A DNA stretch of 64,000 nucleotides. It comes from Candidatus Lindowbacteria bacterium RIFCSPLOWO2_12_FULL_62_27. Lineage in GTDB: Bacteria > Lindowbacteria > 2-12-FULL-62-27. Below are positions 1-9,267 of the stretch, piece after piece. Numbering within the stretch: the first letter of the stretch is position 1; every line of letters begins with the position of its first letter. The DNA is taken from NCBI GenBank assembly GCA_001784175.1, contig MFPR01000004.1, positions 62,001-126,000 on the forward strand, written 5' to 3'. The notes under the pieces are model-generated. The model saw only the letters and a program-made list of their open reading frames with translations. It ran no database searches and was not told the origin of the DNA. Both the position numbers and the translations under genes were made by a program.

Positions 1-1
1 G

Positions 2-580
2 GCGGCCGTGCAGTTTCCGCTGTCGACCACGCCGGGATTTTTCGGCATGGGCGCCGTCCTGTCGCCGTCCAATATATGGCATTGGAAGGCGGACATTCAG
101 GCGGACATCGATCTCCGAAAGGCGGACCACCGGCGCCGGGACGTCGAAACCGCCTATCCCAACATGGCGGCCGACGCGTATCCGTTTTTGGGCAAGGATT
201 GGAGCGGCGCCGCGCATGACGACCGGCGGCGGCCCGCAAAAGATTATGACGACCCCGCGTTCCTCACGGCCTGGGCGGCCGACAATCCCCTCGCCGATCC
301 CGAACGGAAAAGTCCCTGCACCGAATACAACGCCGAAGGACCCGGCAGCCTGACGGTCCAGCCGCATGGCCATCAGAGCATCAACGGCGCCGGCGTCTGG
401 CGCGGCGGCGTCTGGACGCTCGTGCTCCTGCACGAGCTGCACTCCGGCGACGAGATGGACGCGATGTTCACGATGGGCGACGAGCGGCCGGTGGCGTTCG
501 CGATCTGGGACGGCGCCGCCGGCGACCGCGACGGCCAGAAGGTCGTGTCGCAGTGGCACAAGATGGTGCTGCGGCCGTGA
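2..580 (+). CDS. DMSO reductase type II heme-b (gamma) subunit / EB_dh domain protein, NxrC-like; 5'-truncated by window edge
   Basis: AAVQFP...FFGMG...NIWHWKAD...G.G.W..G.W.LV...VAFAIWDGAAGDRDGQK motifs of EbdC/NxrC-type subunits; frame is open to the window start. Confidence 0.75.
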   Translation, partial: AAVQFPLSTTPGFFGMGAVLSPSNIWHWKADIQADIDLRKADHRRRDVETAYPNMAADAYPFLGKDWSGAAHDDRRRPAKDYDDPAFLTAWAADNPLADPERKSPCTEYNAEGPGSLTVQPHGHQSINGAGVWRGGVWTLVLLHELHSGDEMDAMFTMGDERPVAFAIWDGAAGDRDGQKVVSQWHKMVLRP

Positions 581-1503
581 AATCCGAAATCCGTAATCTG
601 AAATCCGCACAGCCGTGTCCGTTGGTCACCTACGACCCGGCGCTGATCGAGGCCCTCGTCCGGTCGAAGGTCGATGCGGCGGCGGACGCGGATCAGAGCT
701 GGATCAACGCCTACCGGGACGAGCTGGACGACATCTATGAGCGCAGCCCGGAAGAGCGCGAATCGCTCTTCGCCTCCCTGGATCGCCGCTATTTTCAGCG
801 CGTCGGCATTCCGGCGATTGTGGAGGAGTGCCTTGCGGAGCGCGCCGGGGCGCTGCCCAAAACATGCAATGTGACCATGCTGTCGGCACAAGACCGGTCG
901 GAAGAGGGCGCGGACGTAAACCGCGCCGGCCAGATGATCCTGCGCTTCCGGACCGCGACGCTGGCCGACTCGGAAAAATTTCGGCGGCGGCTGCGCAGGG
1001 AGATTGTCCAGGCGGCCGATTGTTTCAACCCGGAATTCGGCCATGCCCCGGAATTGCTGGACGCGCTGCTTCCATCCGAAAGAGAGCGCATCCGCGCGGC
1101 CCTGACCCTGCTCTGGGCGCTGACGGCGCAGATTCGGCTCTGCGCCGAGGAACCGTTGAAGACCGGCGCAACCGCGCAGGTTGAGAAAGAACGCCTGGAC
1201 CGGCTGGCCGCGGATCTGCGCGCCGCGCTGTGCGGCGACGCCCATGCGCCGCTGGCCGAACTTCTCCAGGACCTCCCGGCTCGGCCGCCGGCCTTCGGCC
1301 GGATGCTTGAGTTTTGCCGCCGGCACGCGGGCTCGGAGGCCGCGGCCTCCGGCATCTGCGATCTCTGCCGCTTTCCCTCCGAGGACGTTCAGACGTTGAG
1401 CGTCCTGCCGGACAACGTCCGCCGGGCGCTGACAGCGGAATTTACGTCACTCCAAAATATGTCACACGTCTGCGCACGCTGCGCCGAACGGTCCGCGATA
1501 TGA
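577..1503 (+). CDS. Hypothetical protein with C-terminal CxxC...CxxC (putative Zn finger), nxr-cluster associated
   Basis: GTG overlaps the upstream stop (GTGA); its stop overlaps the nxrA ATG; CDLCRFP...VCARC. Confidence 0.7.
   Translation: MKSEIRNLKSAQPCPLVTYDPALIEALVRSKVDAAADADQSWINAYRDELDDIYERSPEERESLFASLDRRYFQRVGIPAIVEECLAERAGALPKTCNVTMLSAQDRSEEGADVNRAGQMILRFRTATLADSEKFRRRLRREIVQAADCFNPEFGHAPELLDALLPSERERIRAALTLLWALTAQIRLCAEEPLKTGATAQVEKERLDRLAADLRAALCGDAHAPLAELLQDLPARPPAFGRMLEFCRRHAGSEAAASGICDLCRFPSEDVQTLSVLPDNVRRALTAEFTSLQNMSHVCARCAERSAI
580..607 (+). repeat. 4 x 7-bp tandem repeat (AAATCCG-like) encoding KSEIRNLKS
   Basis: aaatccg aaatccg taatctg aaatccg. Confidence 0.7.
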
Positions 1504-4500
1504 CCTGGTCCGTATCCCGCCGCGCGTTCCTCCAGGCCGGCAGCCTCGCCGCGCTCCTCGCCGCCTGCGGCAAATCCAATCTCCGCCAGCTCAAAGGCAT
1601 CGTGGGCGTCGAGAACCCGCTCGAATATTATCCGGAACGCGGCTGGGAAAAAGTCTATCGGGACCAGTACCGGTACGACCGTTCCTTCACCTACGTGTGC
1701 TCTCCGAACGACACCCACGCCTGCCGCGTGCGGGCCTTTGTTCGAAACGGCGTGATCGTCCGCGTCGAGCAGAATTACGACATCCAGAATTACGCCGACC
1801 TCTACGGCAACAAGGCCACGCGCAACTGGAACCCGCGGATGTGCCCCAAGGGCATGACGTTCCCCCGCCGCGTCTACGGGCCCTACCGCCTCAAGCAACC
1901 GCTCATGCGGAAGGGCTGGAAGGCATGGGCGGACGACGGCTTTCCGTATCTGACGGCGGCGCTTCGGACCAAATACAAATTCGACAGCCGCGGCGCGGAC
2001 GAATTTCTGCGCGTGTCGTGGGACGAGGCGTTTGGATACGCGGCGCGCGGATTCGTGGCGATCGCGAAACACTACAGCGGCGACGGAGGCCAGCGGCGGC
2101 TTCTGTCCGAGGGATACGCGCCGGAGATGGTGCGGGCGATGGAGGGCGCGGGAACGCGCACGATCAAGACCCGTGGCGGGATGGGCCTCCTCGGCGTCAT
2201 CGGCAAATACGGCATGTACCGCTTCTGCAACACGCTGGCCTTGGTCGACGCGCACGTGCGCGGCGCGGACAGGGAACACGCCAAGGCCGGCCGCGTCTGG
2301 GACAATTACACCTGGCACGGCGATCAGGCCCCGGGCCACCCCTTCGTCCACGGCATCCAGACCTCCGACTGCGATTTCAACGACCTCCGCTTCACCAAAC
2401 TGCACATCCAGTGCGGCAAAAATCTCGTCGAAAACAAAATGCCCGACTCCCACTGGTTCATCGAAACCCTCGAACGCGGCGCCAAGATCGTCGTCATCAC
2501 GCCCGAGTACAGCCCGCCGGCCACCAAGGCCGATTACTGGATCCCGATCCGGCCCAACAGCGACACGGCACTCTTCCTGGGCATCACCAAACTTCTCATC
2601 GACGGGAAAAAATATGACTCGCGATTCGTCAAACGCCACACCGATTTCCCCTTGCTGGTCCGGACCGACACGCTCACCCGCCTCAAGGCCGCGGACGTTT
2701 TCCCCGGCTACAAGAACCGCGATCTTCACGGGGGGCCCAGCTACGAAGTCCAGGGCCTGACGGACGATCAGCGCGAGAAACTGGGGGATTATGTGGTCTG
2801 GGATTTGAAGCGAGGCGCGCCGGCGCCCGTCACGCGGGATGACGTCGGCGGAGTCTATGACAAACTGGGCGTCGACGCGGCCTTGGAGGGAAAATTCGAC
2901 GTCACATTGACGGACGGCCGCAGCATCCAGGTCATGCCGCTGTTTGAGATGTACAAGGTACACCTCCGCGATTACGATCTCGACAGCGTCCATGAAATGA
3001 CCAACGCGCCCAAGGAACTCGTGCGGCGGCTCGCCGACGACATCGCCACCATCAAACCGGCCGCCGTCCATGTCGGCGAAGGCATCAACCACTGGTTCCA
3101 CGCAACGCTCGTCAACCGCGCGACGTATCTGCCGCTCATGCTGACCGGCAACATCGGCCTTCCCGGCGCCGGGTCGCATACGTGGGCGGGAAACTACAAG
3201 GCCGCGAATTTCCAGGCGGCGCCGTGGTGCGGCAAGGGATTCAAAACATGGATCGCGGAGGATCCCTTCGAGCCGAACCTCGATCCGAACACGGACGGCA
3301 AGGACATCCACGTGCACTCCTACACCCGCGACGAGGCGGTCGCCTACTGGAACCACGGCGACAAACCCCTGGTGGTCGACACGCCGAAATACGGCCGGAA
3401 AATGTTCACCGGAAAATCACACATGCCGACGCCCACCAAGGCCATCTGGTACACGAACGTCAATCTCATCAACAACGCCAAATGGGCCTACGAGATGATC
3501 AAGAACGTCGATCCCAAGGTCGACATGATCCTGTCGAACGACATCCAGATGACGGCAAGCATCGAATACTCGGACTTCGCCTTTCCGGCCAATTCGTGGT
3601 GCGAGACGAAGACTGCCGAGATCACCAACTCCTGCTCGAATCCTTTCCTCCAGATCTGGAAGGGCGGCATCGAGCCGCTCTATGATTCGCGCGACGACGT
3701 GATGATCCTCGCGGGCATGGCCAAGGCCGTCGGCGACGCGATCGGCGACAAGCGGTGCGAGGAGTACTGGAAATTCGCGCTGGAAGGCCGGCCGGAGGTG
3801 TATATTCAGCGGCTCCTCGACGCGTCCTCCACCCTGCGCGGCTACAAATACGAAGACATCATGGCCGGAAAATACGGCGAGCCCGGCGTGTGCCTCATGC
3901 TGTACCGGACGTACCCGCGTATTCCGTTTTACGAGCAGGTCCACGAGGACCATCCGTTCTGGACCGACACGGGACGCCTGAACGCCTACTGCGACATTCC
4001 GGACGCGATCGAGCACGGAGAAAATTTCATCGTCCACCGGGAAGGACCCGAGGGGACGCCCTACTTGCCGAACTGCATCGTAAGTTCGAATCCGTTCATC
4101 CGGCCGGACGATTTCGGCATCCCCGAAACCGAAATGCACTGGGACGCGCGGCATGTCCGCAACATCAAAAAGCCGTGGCCGCAGGTCGTCCGCACCGTGA
4201 ACCCGCTCTGGGCCCGGGGATACCGCTTTTTCTGCCTGACCCCGAAAACCCGCCACCGCGTCCATTCGCAGTGGAGCGACACCGACTGGAACCTCATCTG
4301 GGACTCGAATTTCGGCGACCCGTACCGCGCCGACAAGCGAATGCCCGGTGTGGGCGAGCACCAGCTTCACATGAACCCGCAGACCGCGCGCGACCTCGGG
4401 ATCAACGACGGCGACTACGTCTACGTCGACGCCAATCCGGCCGACCGGCCCTACATCGGCTGGAGCCCGACCGACCCGTTCTACCGCGTGGCGCGACTGA

Positions 4501-4961
4501 TGCTGCGCGTGAAATACAATCCGGCCTATCCGTACCACACGGTCATGATGAAACACGCGCCGTACATTGCGACCGAGCGCAGCGTCAAGGCGCACGAGAC
4601 GCGGCCGGACGGCCGGGCGCTGTCGGCCGGCACCGGATATCAGGCCAACCTTCGATATGGCTCCCAGCAGTCGATCACGCGCTCCTGGCTCATGCCGATG
4701 CACCAGACCGACACGCTGTTTCACAAAACCAAAATCGGCATGGCGTTCATGTTCGGCGGCGAGGCCGACAACCACATGATCAACACGACGCCCAAGGAAA
4801 CGCTCGTCAAGATCACCAAGGCCGAGCCCGGCGGGATCGGCGGCAAGGGCATCTGGGCGCCGGCGACCTCCGGGTTCACGCCGGGCAACGAAAGCCCGGC
4901 GATGCTGTCCTACCTGACCGGCGACCTGACGAAGGTTCAAGGGGGCGGCAACCATGCCTGA
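1500..4961 (+). CDS. nxrA: Nitrite oxidoreductase / nitrate reductase alpha subunit (periplasmic anammox/Nitrospira type, Mo-bisPGD)
   Basis: Tat motif SRRAFL; NPLEYYPERGWEKVYRDQY; FS0 motif CSPNDTHAC...MCPKG with Asp; NYTWHGDQAPGHPF Mo-ligand region; TPKTRHRVHSQW. Confidence 0.92.
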   Translation: MTWSVSRRAFLQAGSLAALLAACGKSNLRQLKGIVGVENPLEYYPERGWEKVYRDQYRYDRSFTYVCSPNDTHACRVRAFVRNGVIVRVEQNYDIQNYADLYGNKATRNWNPRMCPKGMTFPRRVYGPYRLKQPLMRKGWKAWADDGFPYLTAALRTKYKFDSRGADEFLRVSWDEAFGYAARGFVAIAKHYSGDGGQRRLLSEGYAPEMVRAMEGAGTRTIKTRGGMGLLGVIGKYGMYRFCNTLALVDAHVRGADREHAKAGRVWDNYTWHGDQAPGHPFVHGIQTSDCDFNDLRFTKLHIQCGKNLVENKMPDSHWFIETLERGAKIVVITPEYSPPATKADYWIPIRPNSDTALFLGITKLLIDGKKYDSRFVKRHTDFPLLVRTDTLTRLKAADVFPGYKNRDLHGGPSYEVQGLTDDQREKLGDYVVWDLKRGAPAPVTRDDVGGVYDKLGVDAALEGKFDVTLTDGRSIQVMPLFEMYKVHLRDYDLDSVHEMTNAPKELVRRLADDIATIKPAAVHVGEGINHWFHATLVNRATYLPLMLTGNIGLPGAGSHTWAGNYKAANFQAAPWCGKGFKTWIAEDPFEPNLDPNTDGKDIHVHSYTRDEAVAYWNHGDKPLVVDTPKYGRKMFTGKSHMPTPTKAIWYTNVNLINNAKWAYEMIKNVDPKVDMILSNDIQMTASIEYSDFAFPANSWCETKTAEITNSCSNPFLQIWKGGIEPLYDSRDDVMILAGMAKAVGDAIGDKRCEEYWKFALEGRPEVYIQRLLDASSTLRGYKYEDIMAGKYGEPGVCLMLYRTYPRIPFYEQVHEDHPFWTDTGRLNAYCDIPDAIEHGENFIVHREGPEGTPYLPNCIVSSNPFIRPDDFGIPETEMHWDARHVRNIKKPWPQVVRTVNPLWARGYRFFCLTPKTRHRVHSQWSDTDWNLIWDSNFGDPYRADKRMPGVGEHQLHMNPQTARDLGINDGDYVYVDANPADRPYIGWSPTDPFYRVARLMLRVKYNPAYPYHTVMMKHAPYIATERSVKAHETRPDGRALSAGTGYQANLRYGSQQSITRSWLMPMHQTDTLFHKTKIGMAFMFGGEADNHMINTTPKETLVKITKAEPGGIGGKGIWAPATSGFTPGNESPAMLSYLTGDLTKVQGGGNHA

Positions 4962-6258
4962 CGTCTACAACTGGCATCTCGGCCGGAAAATGTCGTATCC
5001 ATACGAGGAGGCGCATCCGCGCCGGCAGTTCGCGTTCGTGTTCAACATCAACCGCTGCATCGCCTGCCAGACCTGCACGATGTCCTGCAAGTCGACATGG
5101 ACATTCTCCAAGGGCCAGGAATACATGTGGTGGAACAACGTCGAAACAAAACCCTACGGCGGCTACCCAAAATTCTGGGACGTCAAACTCCTCTCAATGC
5201 TCGACGCCGCCAATCCCGGCGGGCAGGTGTGGGACGCGGCGGTCCAAAATGGCCCGTCGAAACCGTACGGTCTCTTCAACGGCATGACCATTTTCGAAGC
5301 GGCCCGAAAACAGTTCGGCCCCGCCGGCCACAATCACGCGATCGGATTCATCCCCGACGAAGAGGCATGGCGCGGCCCCAACCACGGCGAGGACGCGGCG
5401 GTCACGTTCGAGGACAGCTACCGCAAGGCCAGCGCGGCCCGCCCGATCTCGGCCGAAGGATCCGCCCTGCCGGAACACCGCACCTGGTTTTTCTATCTTC
5501 AGAGGCTGTGCAATCACTGCACCTACCCGGCGTGCCTCGCGGCCTGCCCGCGAAAGGCGATCTACAAACGCGAAGAGGACGGCATCGTGCTGATCGACCA
5601 GGAACGCTGCCGCGGATACCGCAAGTGCGTGGAGGCCTGCCCCTACAAAAAGCCGATGTACCGCGGCACCACGCGGGTTTCGGAAAAATGTATCGGATGT
5701 TATCCGCGAATCGAGGGCAAGGACCCCATTTCAGAGGGCCGCCCGATGGAAACCCGCTGCATGACCGCCTGCGTCGGCCAGATTCGTCTCCAGGGTCTGG
5801 TGAACATTGACGAAAAAACGGGCTTGTGGGCCAACGACCGCCAGAATCCCATCTACTATCTCGTTCACGTCGAAAAAATCGCCCTCCCGCTCTACCCGCA
5901 GTTCGGGACGGAACCCAACGGGTACTACATCCCGCCGCGATGGGTGCCCCGGCCGTACCTGAGGCAGATGTTCGGCCCGGGCGTCGACGCCGCGATTGAA
6001 AAATACGTCGCACCGAACCGCGAACTCCTCGCGGTCCTCCAGTTGTTCCGCAAACATCAGGACATCGTCTTCCGATACGAGATCGAGGAGGGGAAGAAAG
6101 TCTACGAGCGGGAAATCGACTACCGCGGCCGGAAAATCCCGTTCACGCTCTACAACGACACCGTCATCGCCTTCGACGCGGCCGGCAAGGAAATCTTCCG
6201 CACGGCCGTCGAAGAACCCATCCACGTCCGGCCGGCGAAACACTCCAATTCGGTCTGA
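4954..6258 (+). CDS. nxrB: Nitrite oxidoreductase / nitrate reductase beta subunit (Fe-S)
   Basis: VYNWHLGRKMSYPY; CIACQTCTMSC, CNHCTYPACLAAC, CRGYRKCVEAC, CIGC...CMTAC; PLYPQFGTEPN. Confidence 0.93.
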   Translation: MPDVYNWHLGRKMSYPYEEAHPRRQFAFVFNINRCIACQTCTMSCKSTWTFSKGQEYMWWNNVETKPYGGYPKFWDVKLLSMLDAANPGGQVWDAAVQNGPSKPYGLFNGMTIFEAARKQFGPAGHNHAIGFIPDEEAWRGPNHGEDAAVTFEDSYRKASAARPISAEGSALPEHRTWFFYLQRLCNHCTYPACLAACPRKAIYKREEDGIVLIDQERCRGYRKCVEACPYKKPMYRGTTRVSEKCIGCYPRIEGKDPISEGRPMETRCMTACVGQIRLQGLVNIDEKTGLWANDRQNPIYYLVHVEKIALPLYPQFGTEPNGYYIPPRWVPRPYLRQMFGPGVDAAIEKYVAPNRELLAVLQLFRKHQDIVFRYEIEEGKKVYEREIDYRGRKIPFTLYNDTVIAFDAAGKEIFRTAVEEPIHVRPAKHSNSV

Positions 6259-6259
6259 C

Positions 6260-6955
6260 ATGGAAAACGCCATCCGCTCCGCCCATCTTCGCACCGCCGT
6301 CTACGAATTGTTCGGACGGATTCTGTCCGCGCCCGATCCCGAACACGGCCGGCGCGCCCTTCAAATCGCGTTCACCCTCGGGCGCATCGAGAGCCTCCCG
6401 GCCGGGTTGCGGCGCCGGTTCGGCGAATTCACCGACACCCTCGCCCGGCTGGGACTCAACGAAATCGAGCGCGACTGGCAGGAAACGTTCGGCCTGACCG
6501 ACGGAGGGCCCTTCAGCCTCTGCGAGAGCGAGTATGGCATGGCGCACATTTTTCAAAAATCCAACCGGCTGGCCGACATCTCCGGATTCTACAGGGCGTT
6601 CGGCGTGGAGCCCCGGGCCGGCGCGGAGCGCCCGGACCACCTGAGCGTCGAGTTCGAGTTCCTTTCGTTTCTGGCCGCCAAGGAGGCCCACGCTCTGTTG
6701 GAGAACAGGACGGACCGCGCCGAAGTTTCACGCGAGGCCGAACGGATGTTTTTGTCTGATCACACAGGCCATTTCTGCGTGGGACTCTTCAAGCGATTGG
6801 TGGACGGCCAGGGATTCTATGCCTCCGTCAGCCGGCTCGGCTTGGAGGCCATCGAGTGGATATTCTCTCAACTGAGCATCTCCGAGCCCTGCCAAGCCGC
6901 GCTCGCCGGCGCGATGGGTCCCGAAGAACCCATGCAATGCGGCGGCTGCAGATGA
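6260..6955 (+). CDS. TorD/DmsD-family molybdoenzyme maturation chaperone
   Basis: ESEY...LADISGFYRAFG...ERPDHLSVEFEFL motif; starts 1 nt after the nxrB stop. Confidence 0.85.
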   Translation: MENAIRSAHLRTAVYELFGRILSAPDPEHGRRALQIAFTLGRIESLPAGLRRRFGEFTDTLARLGLNEIERDWQETFGLTDGGPFSLCESEYGMAHIFQKSNRLADISGFYRAFGVEPRAGAERPDHLSVEFEFLSFLAAKEAHALLENRTDRAEVSREAERMFLSDHTGHFCVGLFKRLVDGQGFYASVSRLGLEAIEWIFSQLSISEPCQAALAGAMGPEEPMQCGGCR

Positions 6956-7227
6956 AAAATCTCGATCCGGAGGACCCCTTCAGCCTGACCGGTCACGCGG
7001 TGGCGCTCAGCGCCGAAGAGGCGGAAGAACACTTGATCGAAATGACCGATACGATCATCCACGAGTTCACGCTCCTCGGCTGGACACCGGAGAGAATACT
7101 CGGCATGTTCAATAATCCGTTTTATCGCATGCCGCACGAGATTCTCCGCAGCCGTGGCGCATCGTTCGTTCAGTCCCGCATGGCCGCGGTCACAGGAATC
7201 GACCTTACAGAACTTGTTACGAATTAA
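6952..7227 (+). CDS. Small hypothetical protein (DPEDP...EF...G...F.NPFY)
   Basis: ATGA overlap with the chaperone gene; last gene of the nxr operon. Confidence 0.7.
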   Translation: MKNLDPEDPFSLTGHAVALSAEEAEEHLIEMTDTIIHEFTLLGWTPERILGMFNNPFYRMPHEILRSRGASFVQSRMAAVTGIDLTELVTN

Positions 7228-7277
7228 GACAACTTGTCCGCCTGCCCGACCGAAGACCAGTTCGACAACCTTCAGAT

Positions 7278-7333
7278 AATCAATCCGTTAAAATAAGTTC
7301 ACGCCCCTCCCATCCTTTGGAATACGCTTTGCA
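7278..7333 (+). promoter_or_regulatory. Putative IHF site plus sigma54 (-24/-12) promoter
   Basis: AATCAA-TCCG-TTA (7278-7290) matches WATCAANNNNTTR; TGGAATACGCTTTGCA (7318-7333) has GG-N10-GC. Confidence 0.55.
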
Positions 7334-7383
7334 GACTCTCTCTCTTGGCTTGTTTTTTTAGACACACGAGGAGGCGACCGCAG

Positions 7384-9219
7384 GTGTATCGAAAGACGGG
7401 GATCACGTCGGACATGACGGTGAGAGAAATACTCAAAATGTTCCCGGCAAGCCGCGCCGTATTTGACAAGTATGGAATGATGGGGTGCGGTGGAGCGGAG
7501 GGACCGGCGGAACCGGTGTCATTTTTTGCCGAGATGCACGGGCTCACCACGGCGGAACTTCTGTCGGAGCTTCGAAGCGCCCTGCAATCGAACGGCGACC
7601 CCTGCCGTTGCGGGCCTGCGGCCGCAGGCGATATTTCGCCTCGCGCGGCGGGATTGCTTTCGGCCCCTGATCCGAATCCAGAAGGCTCCAAATGCACGCA
7701 CGGCGATCAATCCAAACGGTTGGCGAGGACGTTCATCCGGACGGCCCTCGTTGTTTTTCTGGCCTATGGCGGCGCCGTGGGCGCGTGGGCGTTCCTCTCT
7801 CTGGTAACGCCTGGCGTTTCTCTTCCCTCGGTCCTGACGTGGCCGGCGCTGGTGCAATCGCATGCACACGCGCAAATCGTCGGCTTCGCGGCGATGTTCA
7901 TCTTCGGCATTTCCTATCACGTCATGCCGAGATTCATGGGCGTGCCCCTTCAAAATGTCGCGGCCGCATGGGTCTCCTTCGGTCTGCTTCTCGGAGGAAT
8001 GATCCTGCGATGCCTGTACCAGCCTTTCGCGCACCACACGGCGGCCGGCGTCACGGCGCTTCTCGGGTCGGCCATGGAGGTGGGCGCGGCGGTTGCATAT
8101 CTGACCGTGGTCCGCGCGACCCTGCGGGAACACAAGCGGACTTTGGCGCCCGGCAGGGCAGGCCAGCCGTTCGTTCACGTCGCGTATCTGATCATCGGAA
8201 GCCTCGCGCTGCTGGCCTCCACGCTCGTGGTCCTCGCCGGGTCCGTGTTCATGCTCGTCCGGCAGGTCAACCTCCAACCGCCGCATCTTAATATGGTATG
8301 GATCCATCTCTCGGTCGTCGGATTCGCCGGGATGTTCATCTTCGGCGTCGGCCAGCGCACGATGCCCCATTTCCTCGGGCTCGAACACACCCGCCCGGCC
8401 GCCGGCAAGGCGGCGCTGGTGCTCTTGACCATCGGCCTCCTTTTACAGATTGCAACGCTCGCGATCCCGGCGCAAAAAATTCTCTCGGCCGGCTCGGCGC
8501 TCTTTGAGCTTGCCGGATTCATTTTTGTCTTATTGGCGGTGCCGCTCTTCGGTCGTCTCCCCGTCCATCGGCCGGCGGCGCCGCCTCTTTTTGCCTTATT
8601 CGTCCGTACCGCCTTCGCGTGGGGATTGGCGGGCAGCGCCGGCTTCGCGGCCGTCGCCATCGCCGAGGCCGCCGGCGCCGTGCCTTCGAGAGTGATCGTC
8701 GACGCCTGCCGCCACGCATGGACGCTGGGATTCATGACAACGCTGATCGTCGGCGTCGCCTACCGCCTCGTGCCGATTTTTTTCGGAAGGGAAATCCATC
8801 GGCCCGGCTGGATCCCCGTGATTTACGCCGTCCTCACGGCGGCCGTGGCAATCCGTGTCGGCGCGGATATCGCGTCCCTGTGGGCGCCCGCCGTCTATCC
8901 CTGGACGGCCGTCTCCGGCCTGCTGGTTCTCTCGGCTGTGTTACACTTCACCATCGAAATCTGGAGGCTGACCGCCCGCGACCGTGCGGCCGCCGACCTG
9001 CCGCGCGGCGAAATCAGCGACGCCTCCAACGTCGGTGCGGTGCTCGAAGCCCATCCGGAACTGTTACCGGTGTTCCTCCGCCATGGCTTTGGCGCCCTTC
9101 AGAATCCCGTCGCCCGCAAGACCGTCGCGCGGTTCGTCACGATCGGCCAGGCGGCCCGGAAACACGGCGTCGACACTGCACACCTCATCCACGAACTCAA
9201 CAGCGCGCTTCAGCCGTAG
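7384..9219 (+). CDS. NnrS-like multi-pass membrane protein flanked by N- and C-terminal DUF1858/ScdA-N-like domains
   Basis: GAGGAGG RBS; ITSDMTVREIL..FP...VF..YG..GC; HAHAQIVGF, HL..VGF and RHAWTLGF His-bearing TM helices; C-terminal V..VL..HPEL..VF...GF..L.NP..R.T. Confidence 0.75.
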   Translation: MYRKTGITSDMTVREILKMFPASRAVFDKYGMMGCGGAEGPAEPVSFFAEMHGLTTAELLSELRSALQSNGDPCRCGPAAAGDISPRAAGLLSAPDPNPEGSKCTHGDQSKRLARTFIRTALVVFLAYGGAVGAWAFLSLVTPGVSLPSVLTWPALVQSHAHAQIVGFAAMFIFGISYHVMPRFMGVPLQNVAAAWVSFGLLLGGMILRCLYQPFAHHTAAGVTALLGSAMEVGAAVAYLTVVRATLREHKRTLAPGRAGQPFVHVAYLIIGSLALLASTLVVLAGSVFMLVRQVNLQPPHLNMVWIHLSVVGFAGMFIFGVGQRTMPHFLGLEHTRPAAGKAALVLLTIGLLLQIATLAIPAQKILSAGSALFELAGFIFVLLAVPLFGRLPVHRPAAPPLFALFVRTAFAWGLAGSAGFAAVAIAEAAGAVPSRVIVDACRHAWTLGFMTTLIVGVAYRLVPIFFGREIHRPGWIPVIYAVLTAAVAIRVGADIASLWAPAVYPWTAVSGLLVLSAVLHFTIEIWRLTARDRAAADLPRGEISDASNVGAVLEAHPELLPVFLRHGFGALQNPVARKTVARFVTIGQAARKHGVDTAHLIHELNSALQP

Positions 9220-9267
9220 TCCCACCGCCGGCCTGAAGGTTCTCGTCCAAGCGGGCGGAGAGCCTTA

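Noticed and set aside
1314-1499. N-terminal extension of nxrA in the ORF track
   Set aside because: Overlaps the upstream gene; the Tat signal begins at ATG 1500.
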